Positions 46,289 to 55,273 of a stretch of 55,273 nucleotides of DNA are shown piece after piece. The notes below the pieces were generated by a model. It was given only the letters and a program-made list of their open reading frames with translations. It did not search any database and was not told where the DNA came from. Each line of letters starts with the position of its first letter. The stretch's first letter is position 1. Position numbers and translations under genes: made by a program. Source of the DNA: Candidatus Bathyarchaeota archaeon JdFR-07 (GTDB taxonomy: Archaea; Thermoproteota; Bathyarchaeia; Bathyarchaeales; Bathycorpusculaceae). The stretch is from NCBI GenBank assembly GCA_002010975.1, contig MTLU01000043.1, positions 1 to 55,273 of the forward strand, given 5' to 3'.

Positions 46289-49200
46289 ATGAGCGAAGCT
46301 TATCAGCAATATGTAGCAACCTTAGAAAGTAAACTCAAGCAAGTGTACGCTCTAAGCGAAGAAGCTAGAAGAAAGGGATTGGACCCTGCACCGTCAACTG
46401 AATGTAAGATTGCAAAGGATCTAGCTGATTTAGTTGAGGGTCTTGTGGGGCCTAAAGGGGTTGCAGAAAGCATTAGAAAACTAAGTGAACGACTTTCAAG
46501 AGAAGAATTAGCTTTCAAAATAGCGGAAGAAATCGTTTATGGCAAATTTGGGCATATGGACGACGAAAAGGCTGCTGAACAAGCCATTCGTACATCTCTT
46601 GCAATCCTGACCGAGGGGCTTACGGCAGCTCCGCTTCAAGGGGTAGCCCAAGTGAAAATTAAAGCCAATCGTGACCGAACACAGTATCTCGCTATTTATT
46701 TTGCAGGTCCAATAAGATCTGCTGGGGGAACAGACCAGGCCCTGACACTTGTTGTAGGCGATTTTGTTAGACGATTATTAGGGCTTAATCGTTATAAGCC
46801 TACTAAAGAGGAAATTTCGCGGTTTATTGAGGAGATGCGCCTTTATGAACGCGCTGTTGGGCGTTTCCAATATCACATTTCAGATGAAGAGCTTAGAAAA
46901 GCTCTTGAGTGGCTCCCTGTAGAGGTTACTGGCACAGAATCTGATCCCGTGGAAGTATCTTCTTACAGAAATCTGCAAAGGATTGAAACGAATCGTGTAA
47001 GAGGCGGCGCCCTTCGAGTTGTAAATGATGGCGTTGTTGGGCGTGCTTCCAAAGTTTATGCAATAATTGAAGGGCTCAGGATTCAGGGTTGGGATTGGCT
47101 TAAAGAGTTCCGCCAAAAATCCGCAGAGAAATCTACTGGGTTTATGGATGAAGTTATTGCAGGGCGTCCAATATTCTCGTTTCCTTCAAGGCGCGGTGGT
47201 TTTCGATTACGTTATGGTAGGGCTCGAAACACTGGTTTGGCAGCTGTGGGCATTCACCCCGCTACTATGCTTGTACTTCAAGGTTTTGTAGCCGCTGGTA
47301 CACAATTACGCTTAGAACTTCCAGGGAAAGGTGGAATAGCAGTTCCTGTTGATAGTTTGGAGCCTCCAATTGTTCGTTTGAAGAACGGATCTGTTGTTCG
47401 CGTGTCTGTTGAAAACTTTGCTGGACTAAAAGATAGCACTGAGAAAATTTTGTTTCTTGGAGATATTTTGATTAGTTTTGGAGATTTTCTTTACAATAGT
47501 AAGTCTCTGTCCCCCTCTGGATATGTTGAAGAATGGTGGGTTGGAGATTTAAGAAAAGGCATTTCCGAAAGATTCGATGGAGATCTTACAAAAGCTGCTG
47601 AAACACTACAGATTCAAACTAAAAGATTGGAAAAACTTTTAAAAAATCCTTTTCTAAATAAACCAAGCCTTAAAGAAGCTGCGAAGTTATCTTCAGTATT
47701 AAAAATCCCGCTCCATCCATCGTTTACCTTTTTCTGGTCTCATCTTAAATCAATTGATGATTTAAAAGCATTGAAAAAGTGGGTTGACACTGCGAAAATA
47801 TCGAGAGACGACGATATTATATGCCGAATTTCCGGTGATTTTGTGGCAAATGTAAAAGAGTCTTTAGAAGCAATTTGCTTACCTCATAGTGTGGCTAATG
47901 GAAAAATTATTGTTGAGGGCGATGATGCAGGAGCTTTAGCCTTTTCCTTAGGCTATGGGCATTACACGAATGTAGATCTGATTTCTGCTTCCTCTGTTTT
48001 GGATGCTGTAAGCTTACTCGCCGGCGTGGAGATTAAGGAAAAAGATCCAACTCTTGTAGGAGCACGTATGGGACGTCCTGAAAAAGCTAAGAGGCGCGAA
48101 TTGAGACCTCGGGTTCATGTTCTCTTTCCTGTGGGCTTGGCTGGGGGTTCTCATAGGGACATTATCGAAGCAGCTAAGAGAGAGCGTGCTACCGTAGAGA
48201 TTGTTACTCGTAAATGCCCTTCTTGTAAGACGATTACTTTTGGTGTTAAATGTCCGGTTTGTGGGTCTGAAACGGTTTTTGAGAAGATATGCCCTCGCTG
48301 TGGGAGGATACAAGAGAGTAAAGACGTATGTCCGGTATGTAAAGTACCTGTTGTTTACTATCAGAAACAATCTGTGAACTTTAAAGAGGCACTTGGCAAG
48401 GCTTGCAAAAATTTAGGAATGCCCCCTCCTAAACTTTTGAAAGGGGTTAAAGGTTTAATGAACGAAAAGAAGATTCCTGAACTTATTGAGAAGGGAATTC
48501 TACGTGCAAAATATGATTTGTCAGTATACAAAGATGGTACTGTTCGTTTTGATGCGACAAATGCTCCGTTAACTCATTTTAAAATATCGGAAATTGGAGT
48601 CTCTATTGAAAAGCTTGTGAAGCTTGGTTATACTTATGACATCAATGGTGCCCCTTTGACGCAGGGAAATCAGATTTGCGAATTAAAAATTCAAGATGTT
48701 ATTATCCCCATGAAATGTGCTCAATATTTTGTCCGCGTCGCAAACTTTATTGATGAATTGCTAACAAAAGTGTATAGGTTGCCACCATATTATAAAGTCA
48801 AAAAAGTTGAAGATTTAGTGGGGCATCTAGTTATAGGATTAGCACCTCATACCTCTGTAGGTATTTTAGGAAGGATAATTGGCTTTACAAACTTAAATGT
48901 ATGTTATGCGCATCCCGTTTGGCACTCTGCTAAACGGAGAGACTGTGATGGAGACGAAGACACGTTGATGCTTGCTTTAGATACCCTTCTCAATTTTTCT
49001 CAAGATTATTTACCCGCACAAATAGGGGGCATAATGGATGCTCCATTGCTGTTAATTCCAGTTGTTAAGACTATGGAGGTTCAGAGACAAGCTCATGATG
49101 TTGATGTTGCTAAGGAATATCCTTTGGAGTTTTTTGAAAAAACATGGGAAAATGCAAGAGCCAAGACTGTTAGCAGCCTTATAGATATTATTGAATACAG

Positions 49201-49696
49201 GCTGGGTTCAGAGGCTCAGTTTGAAGGTTTCAACTTTACAACACCTGTTTCCAACATTAACTTAGGGAATGCAGAAAGTTCTTACAAGCGATTAAAAACT
49301 ATGATCGATAAGCTTAACAGTCAACTGGAATTGGCTGAGAAGATAGAGGCTGTCGATGTTAAACGCGTAGCTTTAAAAGTTCTAACAACCCATTTTATTC
49401 GAGACATTTCAGGGAATTTACGTGCTTTCTCTACCCAAGGCTTTAGGTGTAAATCCTGTAACAAGCGCTTTAGACGATTACCACTTCGAGGGACCTGTCC
49501 TTTTTGTAATGGTCAATTGACCCTCACAGTTTATCGGGGTGGGATTGAAAAGTATTTAGAGGCAGCTCAACGGTTAGTTGAGAAATATGGATTGCCTAAG
49601 TATTACATTCAAAGAATTATGCTTGTAAAAGAAGAGATTAACAACTTATTTGAAGGAAAAAAGCCAAAACAAATCAGTCTAATGGATTTTGCTTGA
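46289..49696 (+). CDS. polC: DNA polymerase D large (catalytic) subunit DP2, no intein seen
   Basis: GPIRSAGGT, GGFRLRYGR, RMGRPEKAK, DGTVRFD, HSAKRRDCDGDED, FRCKSC..CPFC. The start is uncertain (46277 or 46289). Confidence 0.97.
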   Translation: MSEAYQQYVATLESKLKQVYALSEEARRKGLDPAPSTECKIAKDLADLVEGLVGPKGVAESIRKLSERLSREELAFKIAEEIVYGKFGHMDDEKAAEQAIRTSLAILTEGLTAAPLQGVAQVKIKANRDRTQYLAIYFAGPIRSAGGTDQALTLVVGDFVRRLLGLNRYKPTKEEISRFIEEMRLYERAVGRFQYHISDEELRKALEWLPVEVTGTESDPVEVSSYRNLQRIETNRVRGGALRVVNDGVVGRASKVYAIIEGLRIQGWDWLKEFRQKSAEKSTGFMDEVIAGRPIFSFPSRRGGFRLRYGRARNTGLAAVGIHPATMLVLQGFVAAGTQLRLELPGKGGIAVPVDSLEPPIVRLKNGSVVRVSVENFAGLKDSTEKILFLGDILISFGDFLYNSKSLSPSGYVEEWWVGDLRKGISERFDGDLTKAAETLQIQTKRLEKLLKNPFLNKPSLKEAAKLSSVLKIPLHPSFTFFWSHLKSIDDLKALKKWVDTAKISRDDDIICRISGDFVANVKESLEAICLPHSVANGKIIVEGDDAGALAFSLGYGHYTNVDLISASSVLDAVSLLAGVEIKEKDPTLVGARMGRPEKAKRRELRPRVHVLFPVGLAGGSHRDIIEAAKRERATVEIVTRKCPSCKTITFGVKCPVCGSETVFEKICPRCGRIQESKDVCPVCKVPVVYYQKQSVNFKEALGKACKNLGMPPPKLLKGVKGLMNEKKIPELIEKGILRAKYDLSVYKDGTVRFDATNAPLTHFKISEIGVSIEKLVKLGYTYDINGAPLTQGNQICELKIQDVIIPMKCAQYFVRVANFIDELLTKVYRLPPYYKVKKVEDLVGHLVIGLAPHTSVGILGRIIGFTNLNVCYAHPVWHSAKRRDCDGDEDTLMLALDTLLNFSQDYLPAQIGGIMDAPLLLIPVVKTMEVQRQAHDVDVAKEYPLEFFEKTWENARAKTVSSLIDIIEYRLGSEAQFEGFNFTTPVSNINLGNAESSYKRLKTMIDKLNSQLELAEKIEAVDVKRVALKVLTTHFIRDISGNLRAFSTQGFRCKSCNKRFRRLPLRGTCPFCNGQLTLTVYRGGIEKYLEAAQRLVEKYGLPKYYIQRIMLVKEEINNLFEGKKPKQISLMDFA

Positions 49697-49737
49697 GAAA
49701 GCTTTTCTACTTTAAAAGCAATTCTTTTTTGGTCAGC

Positions 49738-50010
49738 ATGCTGAAAGTGGTTTATCACCCTAACGCATACTTGACAGGTATAAGAAATGTTAAACTTGGA
49801 CTTAAAGCAAGAACGAAAATACTAGAAACTTTAGAAACAGGCTCTTTTACAGCAAGAAATATTGCTAAAGAAACTAATCTTCGCTATTCTGTTGTTTTGT
49901 ACCACTTAAAACTTTTGGAAAAAGAGGACATAGTTCAACGCAAGGGGAATAGACCTTATATGTGGAGTGTTACGGGCCTGGGGCAGAAGCGCTTAATTGG
50001 ATTACGTTAA
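49738..50010 (+). CDS. ArsR-like winged-helix protein
   Basis: ARTKILETL...TARNIAKETNLRYSVVLYHLKLLEKEDIV. Confidence 0.8.
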   Translation: MLKVVYHPNAYLTGIRNVKLGLKARTKILETLETGSFTARNIAKETNLRYSVVLYHLKLLEKEDIVQRKGNRPYMWSVTGLGQKRLIGLR

Positions 50011-50294
50011 AAAGTACATTGACAAGGTGTCTGTTGACACTTCGGACACTTTTCTGCATACTTGTTTAACGTTGCCATCTCTAAATTTATGTTGACCACA
50101 TTTGCTAAAGAAGCTAGCCACGCGATAACATCAGCGAATTCATTTTCTAACGCCTTTTTATTTTTCCTTTTTAGTGCTTCTCCAAGTTCCTCGACTTCTT
50201 CTACAAGCCAATTAAATGTTTTAGTTGCACCCCGCTGAGAATCTCTATGGAAATATAGGCGACGCATCATTTCTTGAAATTCTGAGATATGCAA
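50007..50294 (-). CDS. MazG-like nucleotide pyrophosphohydrolase
   Basis: WLVEEVEELGEA, EFADVIAWLASLAN, C-terminal CPKC..PCQC. Confidence 0.9.
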   Translation of the reverse strand: MHISEFQEMMRRLYFHRDSQRGATKTFNWLVEEVEELGEALKRKNKKALENEFADVIAWLASLANVVNINLEMATLNKYAEKCPKCQQTPCQCTF

Positions 50295-50423
50295 GATACT
50301 TCACCAATCCTTGAAAAGAGGATATCATATAGGATAAAAAAGTGATCTTTTAAACGTTTTTGGATTTAAAGAAGGCTGCTTCTGAGAGACTTCCCACTGG
50401 ATAAAAGCACCTTTCTCTAAATT

Positions 50424-50870
50424 TTACTTTTCAGTTGTTAAACTGCGTTGCCCTTTTCTAATTATGTGAGTAACTTTAACCCCCTTTCTTTCTAAATATG
50501 TAGAAATAAATCTTCGATGACAGTATTTTGGATTTGTTTCAATACACATTATGCATACTCGCTTGGTTTTTGCAATTTCTAAAAGCTTCTTCACTCCTTC
50601 TCTGAACATTTTAGTTTGCATATACTTTTGGTATCCGCCTTTTCTATAACCACCCAGTTCTTTGCCAAGCCAAACATATTCTACTCTTTTTCTAGGAAAC
50701 CATTCTTCCATTTCTTCTTTTCTGAAATGCTGCATTTTTGACGTCGGAAAACGACGTATGTCAATAAGAACTTGTATCCTATTTTCTTTTAACAATTCTA
50801 AGAAGTTTTCCAAAGAGTAATTGCTATATCCAACTGTCCATATAGTTATTCGTACGTTATGGCTTTTCAT
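50424..50870 (-). CDS. DUF488 family protein
   Basis: WTVGYS, LIDIRRFP, ELGGYR, CIE....CHRR. Confidence 0.9.
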   Translation of the reverse strand: MKSHNVRITIWTVGYSNYSLENFLELLKENRIQVLIDIRRFPTSKMQHFRKEEMEEWFPRKRVEYVWLGKELGGYRKGGYQKYMQTKMFREGVKKLLEIAKTKRVCIMCIETNPKYCHRRFISTYLERKGVKVTHIIRKGQRSLTTEK

Positions 50871-50872
50871 TT

Positions 50873-52198
50873 TTAACGGATTTTGATATACTTGTAAGCT
50901 TCAACAGCATTCTCAAAGCAATAATGAACCTTCTGGTATTCCTTACGAAACTCTGCTACGCTGGACTTAACCTCTTCTAATGGTTTTTTATCTATTATTG
51001 CGCTTTTAATAAAATCTGCAATTTCCTCCATTTCTGATTCTTTCATTCCAAGCCTTGTAACTTCTGAAACACCCAGCCTTATTCCACCTGGATGCATGAA
51101 GTGTCTTCCTTCCTTGATATCCCAGGGAAGCAAGTTTCTGTTTATGATTATGTTGGCTTTTTCCAGAGTTTCCTCTATGGTGCCTCCGTCACCATGTTTT
51201 GTAATGTCAATCAGTATAACGTGTGATTCCGTGAACCCTTTATGTTCTGCTAATACGTTGAATCCCCTTTCATACAGTGCTTGGGCAAGGGCTTTAGCGT
51301 TTTTTACTATCTGACTGGTATATTCTTTTCCGAATGCGAGCATTTCTGCGCAAGCAATTGTAACGCCTGCCACAGCATGCAAATGATGATTGCTAACCAT
51401 TCCAGGAAATGTTGCTCTCTTTATTTTTTCAGCATGTTTTTCCCAAGAGAGAACTCCCCCATGTTGAGGTCCAAAAAATGTTTTGTGTGTGCTTAAACTT
51501 ACCACATCTGCTCCTTCTCTGAGGGGGTCTTGGAACCGGCCTCCCGCGATTAAACCGGCTACATGAGCAGCGTCATATCCTGTGATAGCGCCTACTGAAT
51601 GTATGGTATCCGCCAACTCTTTTACTGGATGTGGAAATGGAAAGACGCTTGCTCCAAACATTACAAGTTTTGGCGGTCTATTTTCGGCCACGAGCTTTTC
51701 GATTCTTTGTTTAGCCCTGTCAACATCTATATTCAACTCTTTGTAATCGAGAGGAAGATATTCAACCATTAATCCATGAACGGCACCAGCAGTGCCTCCA
51801 AGCCTTTTTTTGCCCATAGTTATGTGTCCACCACATGGAATGGACAGAGCCATCATGGTATCACTGGGCTCTGTAAAAGCTGTGTAAACAACTAAATTCG
51901 CGACAACACCAGAGATGGGCCTTACGTCTACAAACTCCGCGTTAAAAAGTTTTTTCATGAGTTCGATACACTTAAATTCTACCTGATCTATAAAACGACA
52001 GCCTGCATAAACTCGCTCTCCAGGCCATCCCTCTGCATATCTATTTCCGAAATCTGAAATAAGTGCTTCTCGAACAGCAGGGCTTGGAATGTTTTCACTT
52101 GCTATTAACGGGATGCTTTCTTGAAACCATTTGTGATGTTGTTGCAGAAGTTCGAAGACATGATCATACTCGTCTTTTGGGGTCTTCACAGTGAACAC
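50873..52198 (-). CDS. glyA: Serine hydroxymethyltransferase
   Basis: LIASEN, RYAEG, YDAAHVAGLIAG, STHKTFFGPQHG, GIRLG. Confidence 0.97.
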   Translation of the reverse strand: MFTVKTPKDEYDHVFELLQQHHKWFQESIPLIASENIPSPAVREALISDFGNRYAEGWPGERVYAGCRFIDQVEFKCIELMKKLFNAEFVDVRPISGVVANLVVYTAFTEPSDTMMALSIPCGGHITMGKKRLGGTAGAVHGLMVEYLPLDYKELNIDVDRAKQRIEKLVAENRPPKLVMFGASVFPFPHPVKELADTIHSVGAITGYDAAHVAGLIAGGRFQDPLREGADVVSLSTHKTFFGPQHGGVLSWEKHAEKIKRATFPGMVSNHHLHAVAGVTIACAEMLAFGKEYTSQIVKNAKALAQALYERGFNVLAEHKGFTESHVILIDITKHGDGGTIEETLEKANIIINRNLLPWDIKEGRHFMHPGGIRLGVSEVTRLGMKESEMEEIADFIKSAIIDKKPLEEVKSSVAEFRKEYQKVHYCFENAVEAYKYIKIR

Positions 52199-52302
52199 CT
52201 GTCCACACTATCTTTTTATGAGATAAAAAATCTTTGGAGGTCAACACAACATTAATAATGGAGAATTGAGTGCTATTTCATGTTGGAGGAAAGGATGCCT
52301 CA

Positions 52303-52470
52303 ATGAGCAAGAAAAAGAAAGAGCGGTCTGCGCCTATGCCTGCTGCAAGTGCTGGATTATTAAGATTTTTTGAAGAGGAAACAGAAGGTGTCAAGGTTAG
52401 ACCTGAACTTCTTGTGGCGCTAGCGATTGCATTAATAGTAGTGTGTGTACTATCAAATGCTTTCTTTTAA
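52303..52470 (+). CDS. Preprotein translocase subunit Sec61beta
   Basis: AGLLRFFEEETEGVKVRPE followed by a C-terminal TM helix. Confidence 0.92.
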   Translation: MSKKKKERSAPMPAASAGLLRFFEEETEGVKVRPELLVALAIALIVVCVLSNAFF

Positions 52471-52476
52471 TATTTG

Positions 52477-52770
52477 TTAGCTTTCACGTCGAGGAGATGA
52501 ATGTAGAACTTCTAATCTTTGAACAGAGTTGAGGTGTACAAATATTTCACTTCTTTCTTCTCTGCTAGTAACTTGTGGAATCGGTTGAGCGATTGTTGCT
52601 CTTAATATTATTGCTTCAGCTTCAGAAAGCCATATTCCAGCGGGTTCACGAGTAATTGCCGCTAAGGTACCTTCAAAACCGTAGGAAGGATCCAAAATAA
52701 CCCGTATTCTTTTCCCTAAATTTTTCTCTAACATATGAAATATTGTTGGTGGAATGCTCTGTTCTGGCAT
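52477..52770 (-). CDS. Putative Sm/LSm-fold protein
   Basis: LEKNLGKRIRVIL..FEGTL....IWLSEAE (Sm1-like) and EIFVHLNSVQRL (Sm2-like). Confidence 0.55.
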   Translation of the reverse strand: MPEQSIPPTIFHMLEKNLGKRIRVILDPSYGFEGTLAAITREPAGIWLSEAEAIILRATIAQPIPQVTSREERSEIFVHLNSVQRLEVLHSSPRRES

Positions 52771-52994
52771 AGAGTTCGCAAATCCTCTATAATTGACGTC
52801 TAGTAAATAAAACTCTTGTCCTTCCAACGGAACATTGCGTTTACTGTTTTTACATGTTGGTGACGCATCTCATCGTCTCTTTTTAGGTATTTTTATGTAA
52901 AAAAGATCAACTATTATGTAAGGTTTTGTTACAATTTGGTGGATTTCGACACCTTAATATTTGTTTAAGAACATCTGATAAAGAACCGAAGTGG

Positions 52995-54821
52995 ATGGAA
53001 AAGGTAGTGGCGACTAAAAAATCTCTAAACGAGCATCTTGAGGATGTTGTTAAACATTATGCCTCTCTGTTTAAACTTCCCTCATTCCGAAGAATTGTTC
53101 TGTTTCTTGCTTCCGCCTGTGTAGGTGGCGGTCTATTTTCTGCACTCTTTTTTTCTCCTATCTTTGATAGCTTACTTTTTGGCATCATGCTATTTTTTAT
53201 AACTTTGTTTTTGGACTATGCTGTCAGTGCTCTTTTTCTAAGAAATGATTTGATCTATGACATGCGAAGAACATCAGCTCTCTCTCTTGCCTGTTGGTTT
53301 ATATGGCTATTATTTATTTTCATAGGAGTTATGGCTGCCATTTTTTCCCATTCCAGCTGGTGGATAAGACTCTCTCTACTCGGTTTTGGGGCTGTACTAA
53401 TCTTCCGTTCAGTGATTATAATGTCGACGGCAAGCACAGAATCTAAGACTAGATTAGTATCAGCTTCTATTGTTCAACCATTGTTCTGTATTATCCCTTT
53501 TATTGTCCTTTGGAGGAAAATTGGTTATACCTTTAATCTCTACTTTTTCCTGTTCTTCCCTTTCTCCGTAATTATAAGTCTTATTTCAAGTGTTCTCTTT
53601 TTATTCCTTTTAAACCGTTTAGGCGAAAACGCACTAGGCATTTCTTCAATGCCGCTTTTCAAAGCTTTCTTACTTAACTGGGCAATTGGTCTAAACGCTC
53701 CGTTTGAAGAATTCTTAGAAAAGCTAGGGGAAAAAAGGGATGTAGAAGTGTCACTACTGAGGTTCAATTCTTCTAAAACAAAAGCTGTTATAGTAGTTCC
53801 ATCCATTCACCCTGGCCCCTTCAAAAATATCGGAAGTAGTCTTTTACCTTCTATGCTTAAGACTCGTTTAGAGAAAGATTTGAATTGTGTTGCATGCATT
53901 CCACATGGTTTGCTTGGGCATGAGTTTGACCTAGCTTCTCAAGGCCACAACGAAAAAGTAATTGGTAGCGTTTTAAAGTCAGCACGACTTGTTGTCTGCA
54001 ATGAAACAAAGGCCACGCCTTTTATTGAAGTTAGTAATGGGCTTGCTACTGCTTGCTGCCAAATATTTGGGAAAACAGCATTAATTTCGTTTACTCTCGC
54101 ACCAAAAACAACTGAAGACTTTCCACAAGAATTAGGATTATTCGTTCGTCAAGAAGCGCAGAAGCAAGGGTTAGAGTGCTGTATAATTGTCAATGCTCAC
54201 AATAGTATTGATGGCCCAGTAAACATAGACGAAACTCTTGGCGCTCTAAAACAGGTTGCCGTTCAATGTTTATCTAAAGCTGCTTCTCAAAAGCAATTGC
54301 CATTTAAAGTAGGGGCTGCAACAGTTTTTCCAAAGGAGTTTAGTCTTAAAGACGGTATAGGTGCTGGAGGCATCACCGCAGTTGTTAGCAAGGTAAACGG
54401 ACAAAAAACTGCTTACGTCGTTATTGATGGCAACAACATCGTTTCTGGACTACGAGAGAAAATTTTGTCTGATATACGCTTTGAAGGCATCGACGCTGGC
54501 GAAGTCTTTACAACAGACACGCACTCAGTAAACGCCATAGTATTAGACGAACGGGGTTACCATCCTGTAGGCGAAGTTATAAATCATGAAAAACTATTGA
54601 AATACGTTAAAGAAGCCGTGGCCGCAGCTATTTCTAATTTAGAACCTGCCAAGAGCGCCTCCCATCAAATAACTGTTTCAAATGTAACTGTTATTGGAGA
54701 AAAACTTCTGGAAAAACTGTGTTTTCTAATCGATAGAACTATTATTAAGGCTAAAAAAATAGTTATCCCTTTATTCGGAGTTACGGGTTTAATTTTAATG
54801 TCGTTTTTGCTTATTGTCTAA
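52995..54821 (+). CDS. DUF2070 family membrane protein
   Basis: N-terminal multi-TM region; IHPGPF..IGSS.LP, HG...HEFD, NAHNS, DGNN, TTDTH; C-terminal TM. Confidence 0.85.
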   Translation: MEKVVATKKSLNEHLEDVVKHYASLFKLPSFRRIVLFLASACVGGGLFSALFFSPIFDSLLFGIMLFFITLFLDYAVSALFLRNDLIYDMRRTSALSLACWFIWLLFIFIGVMAAIFSHSSWWIRLSLLGFGAVLIFRSVIIMSTASTESKTRLVSASIVQPLFCIIPFIVLWRKIGYTFNLYFFLFFPFSVIISLISSVLFLFLLNRLGENALGISSMPLFKAFLLNWAIGLNAPFEEFLEKLGEKRDVEVSLLRFNSSKTKAVIVVPSIHPGPFKNIGSSLLPSMLKTRLEKDLNCVACIPHGLLGHEFDLASQGHNEKVIGSVLKSARLVVCNETKATPFIEVSNGLATACCQIFGKTALISFTLAPKTTEDFPQELGLFVRQEAQKQGLECCIIVNAHNSIDGPVNIDETLGALKQVAVQCLSKAASQKQLPFKVGAATVFPKEFSLKDGIGAGGITAVVSKVNGQKTAYVVIDGNNIVSGLREKILSDIRFEGIDAGEVFTTDTHSVNAIVLDERGYHPVGEVINHEKLLKYVKEAVAAAISNLEPAKSASHQITVSNVTVIGEKLLEKLCFLIDRTIIKAKKIVIPLFGVTGLILMSFLLIV

Positions 54822-54877
54822 GCTAACACTAATAAAGCTGGAAAGCTCAATTTCAATTCTCAATGGAAGGGAGAATA

Positions 54878-55273
54878 GTGCTTAAGGAAATTAGAATTCA
54901 TGGACGTGGTGGTCAAGGAAGCGTGACAGCAGCTGAACTTTTGGCACATGCCGCCTTTCTTGAAGGCAGATGGGTTCAAGCTTTTCCATATTTCGGAGCA
55001 GAGAGGCGGGGAGCTCCTGTAAAGGCTTTTGCTAGAATAAGCGATAAGCCCTTGTTAATTCACAGCCAAGTTTACAATCCAGACTACATAATTGTTCTTG
55101 ACCCTGTCATCTACAAAATGGTAGATATAACTGAAGGATTGAAAAAGGATGGCATGATAATTGTGAACACTACGAAAAAGCCTGAAGAAGTGGAAGTTAA
55201 AGGGTGGCCTATTGCAACTGTAGATGCTACTGGTATTGCTCTTGAACTGAACTTGTTAGTTGCAGGTTTGCCA
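54878..55273 (+). CDS. porG: Pyruvate/2-oxoacid:ferredoxin oxidoreductase gamma subunit, truncated by the window edge
   Basis: [20 protein letters not shown]...[13 protein letters not shown]...PDYIIVLD...VDATGIA. Confidence 0.92.
   Translation, partial: MLKEIRIHGRGGQGSVTAAELLAHAAFLEGRWVQAFPYFGAERRGAPVKAFARISDKPLLIHSQVYNPDYIIVLDPVIYKMVDITEGLKKDGMIIVNTTKKPEEVEVKGWPIATVDATGIALELNLLVAGLP

Noticed and set aside
46289..49696. Possible intein in DP2 (also checked cdc6)
   Set aside because: Lengths are normal. The HSAKRRDCDGDED region is contiguous, with no intein splice or LAGLIDADG motifs.

Overview
Archaeal chromosomal segment, most consistent with a TACK archaeon such as Bathyarchaeia. This is inferred from PolD DP1/DP2, Elf1, the S6e-eIF2gamma-Rpo7-Spt4-S24e-S27ae cluster, Fae-Hps, GGGP synthase and an intron-containing tRNA-Ser(CGA). 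The window holds: a translation/transcription cluster plus L3-L4-L23-L2-S19; ahcY; an SLC41/MgtE and PhoU-TrkA-C ion-transport operon; a seven-gene glycosyltransferase/phosphatase cluster resembling glucosylglycerate-type compatible-solute synthesis; a decaying accessory island at the 3' end of the tRNA; a bactofilin-like gene; and a replication origin (cdc6 plus three ORB elements) between the two PolD subunit genes. The most striking signal is an origin-adjacent cassette of three uncharacterised predicted DNA-binding proteins, one with a membrane anchor-coiled coil-winged helix architecture, interleaved with dense and partly helically phased TGTGA/TCACA repeats. This is a candidate origin-to-membrane tethering or segregation system. 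A second notable item is a Fae-Hps enzyme with an extra N-terminal HTH whose promoter and HTH-coding DNA carry seven YCGACA motifs. All calls come from reading the sequence; no database searches were run.
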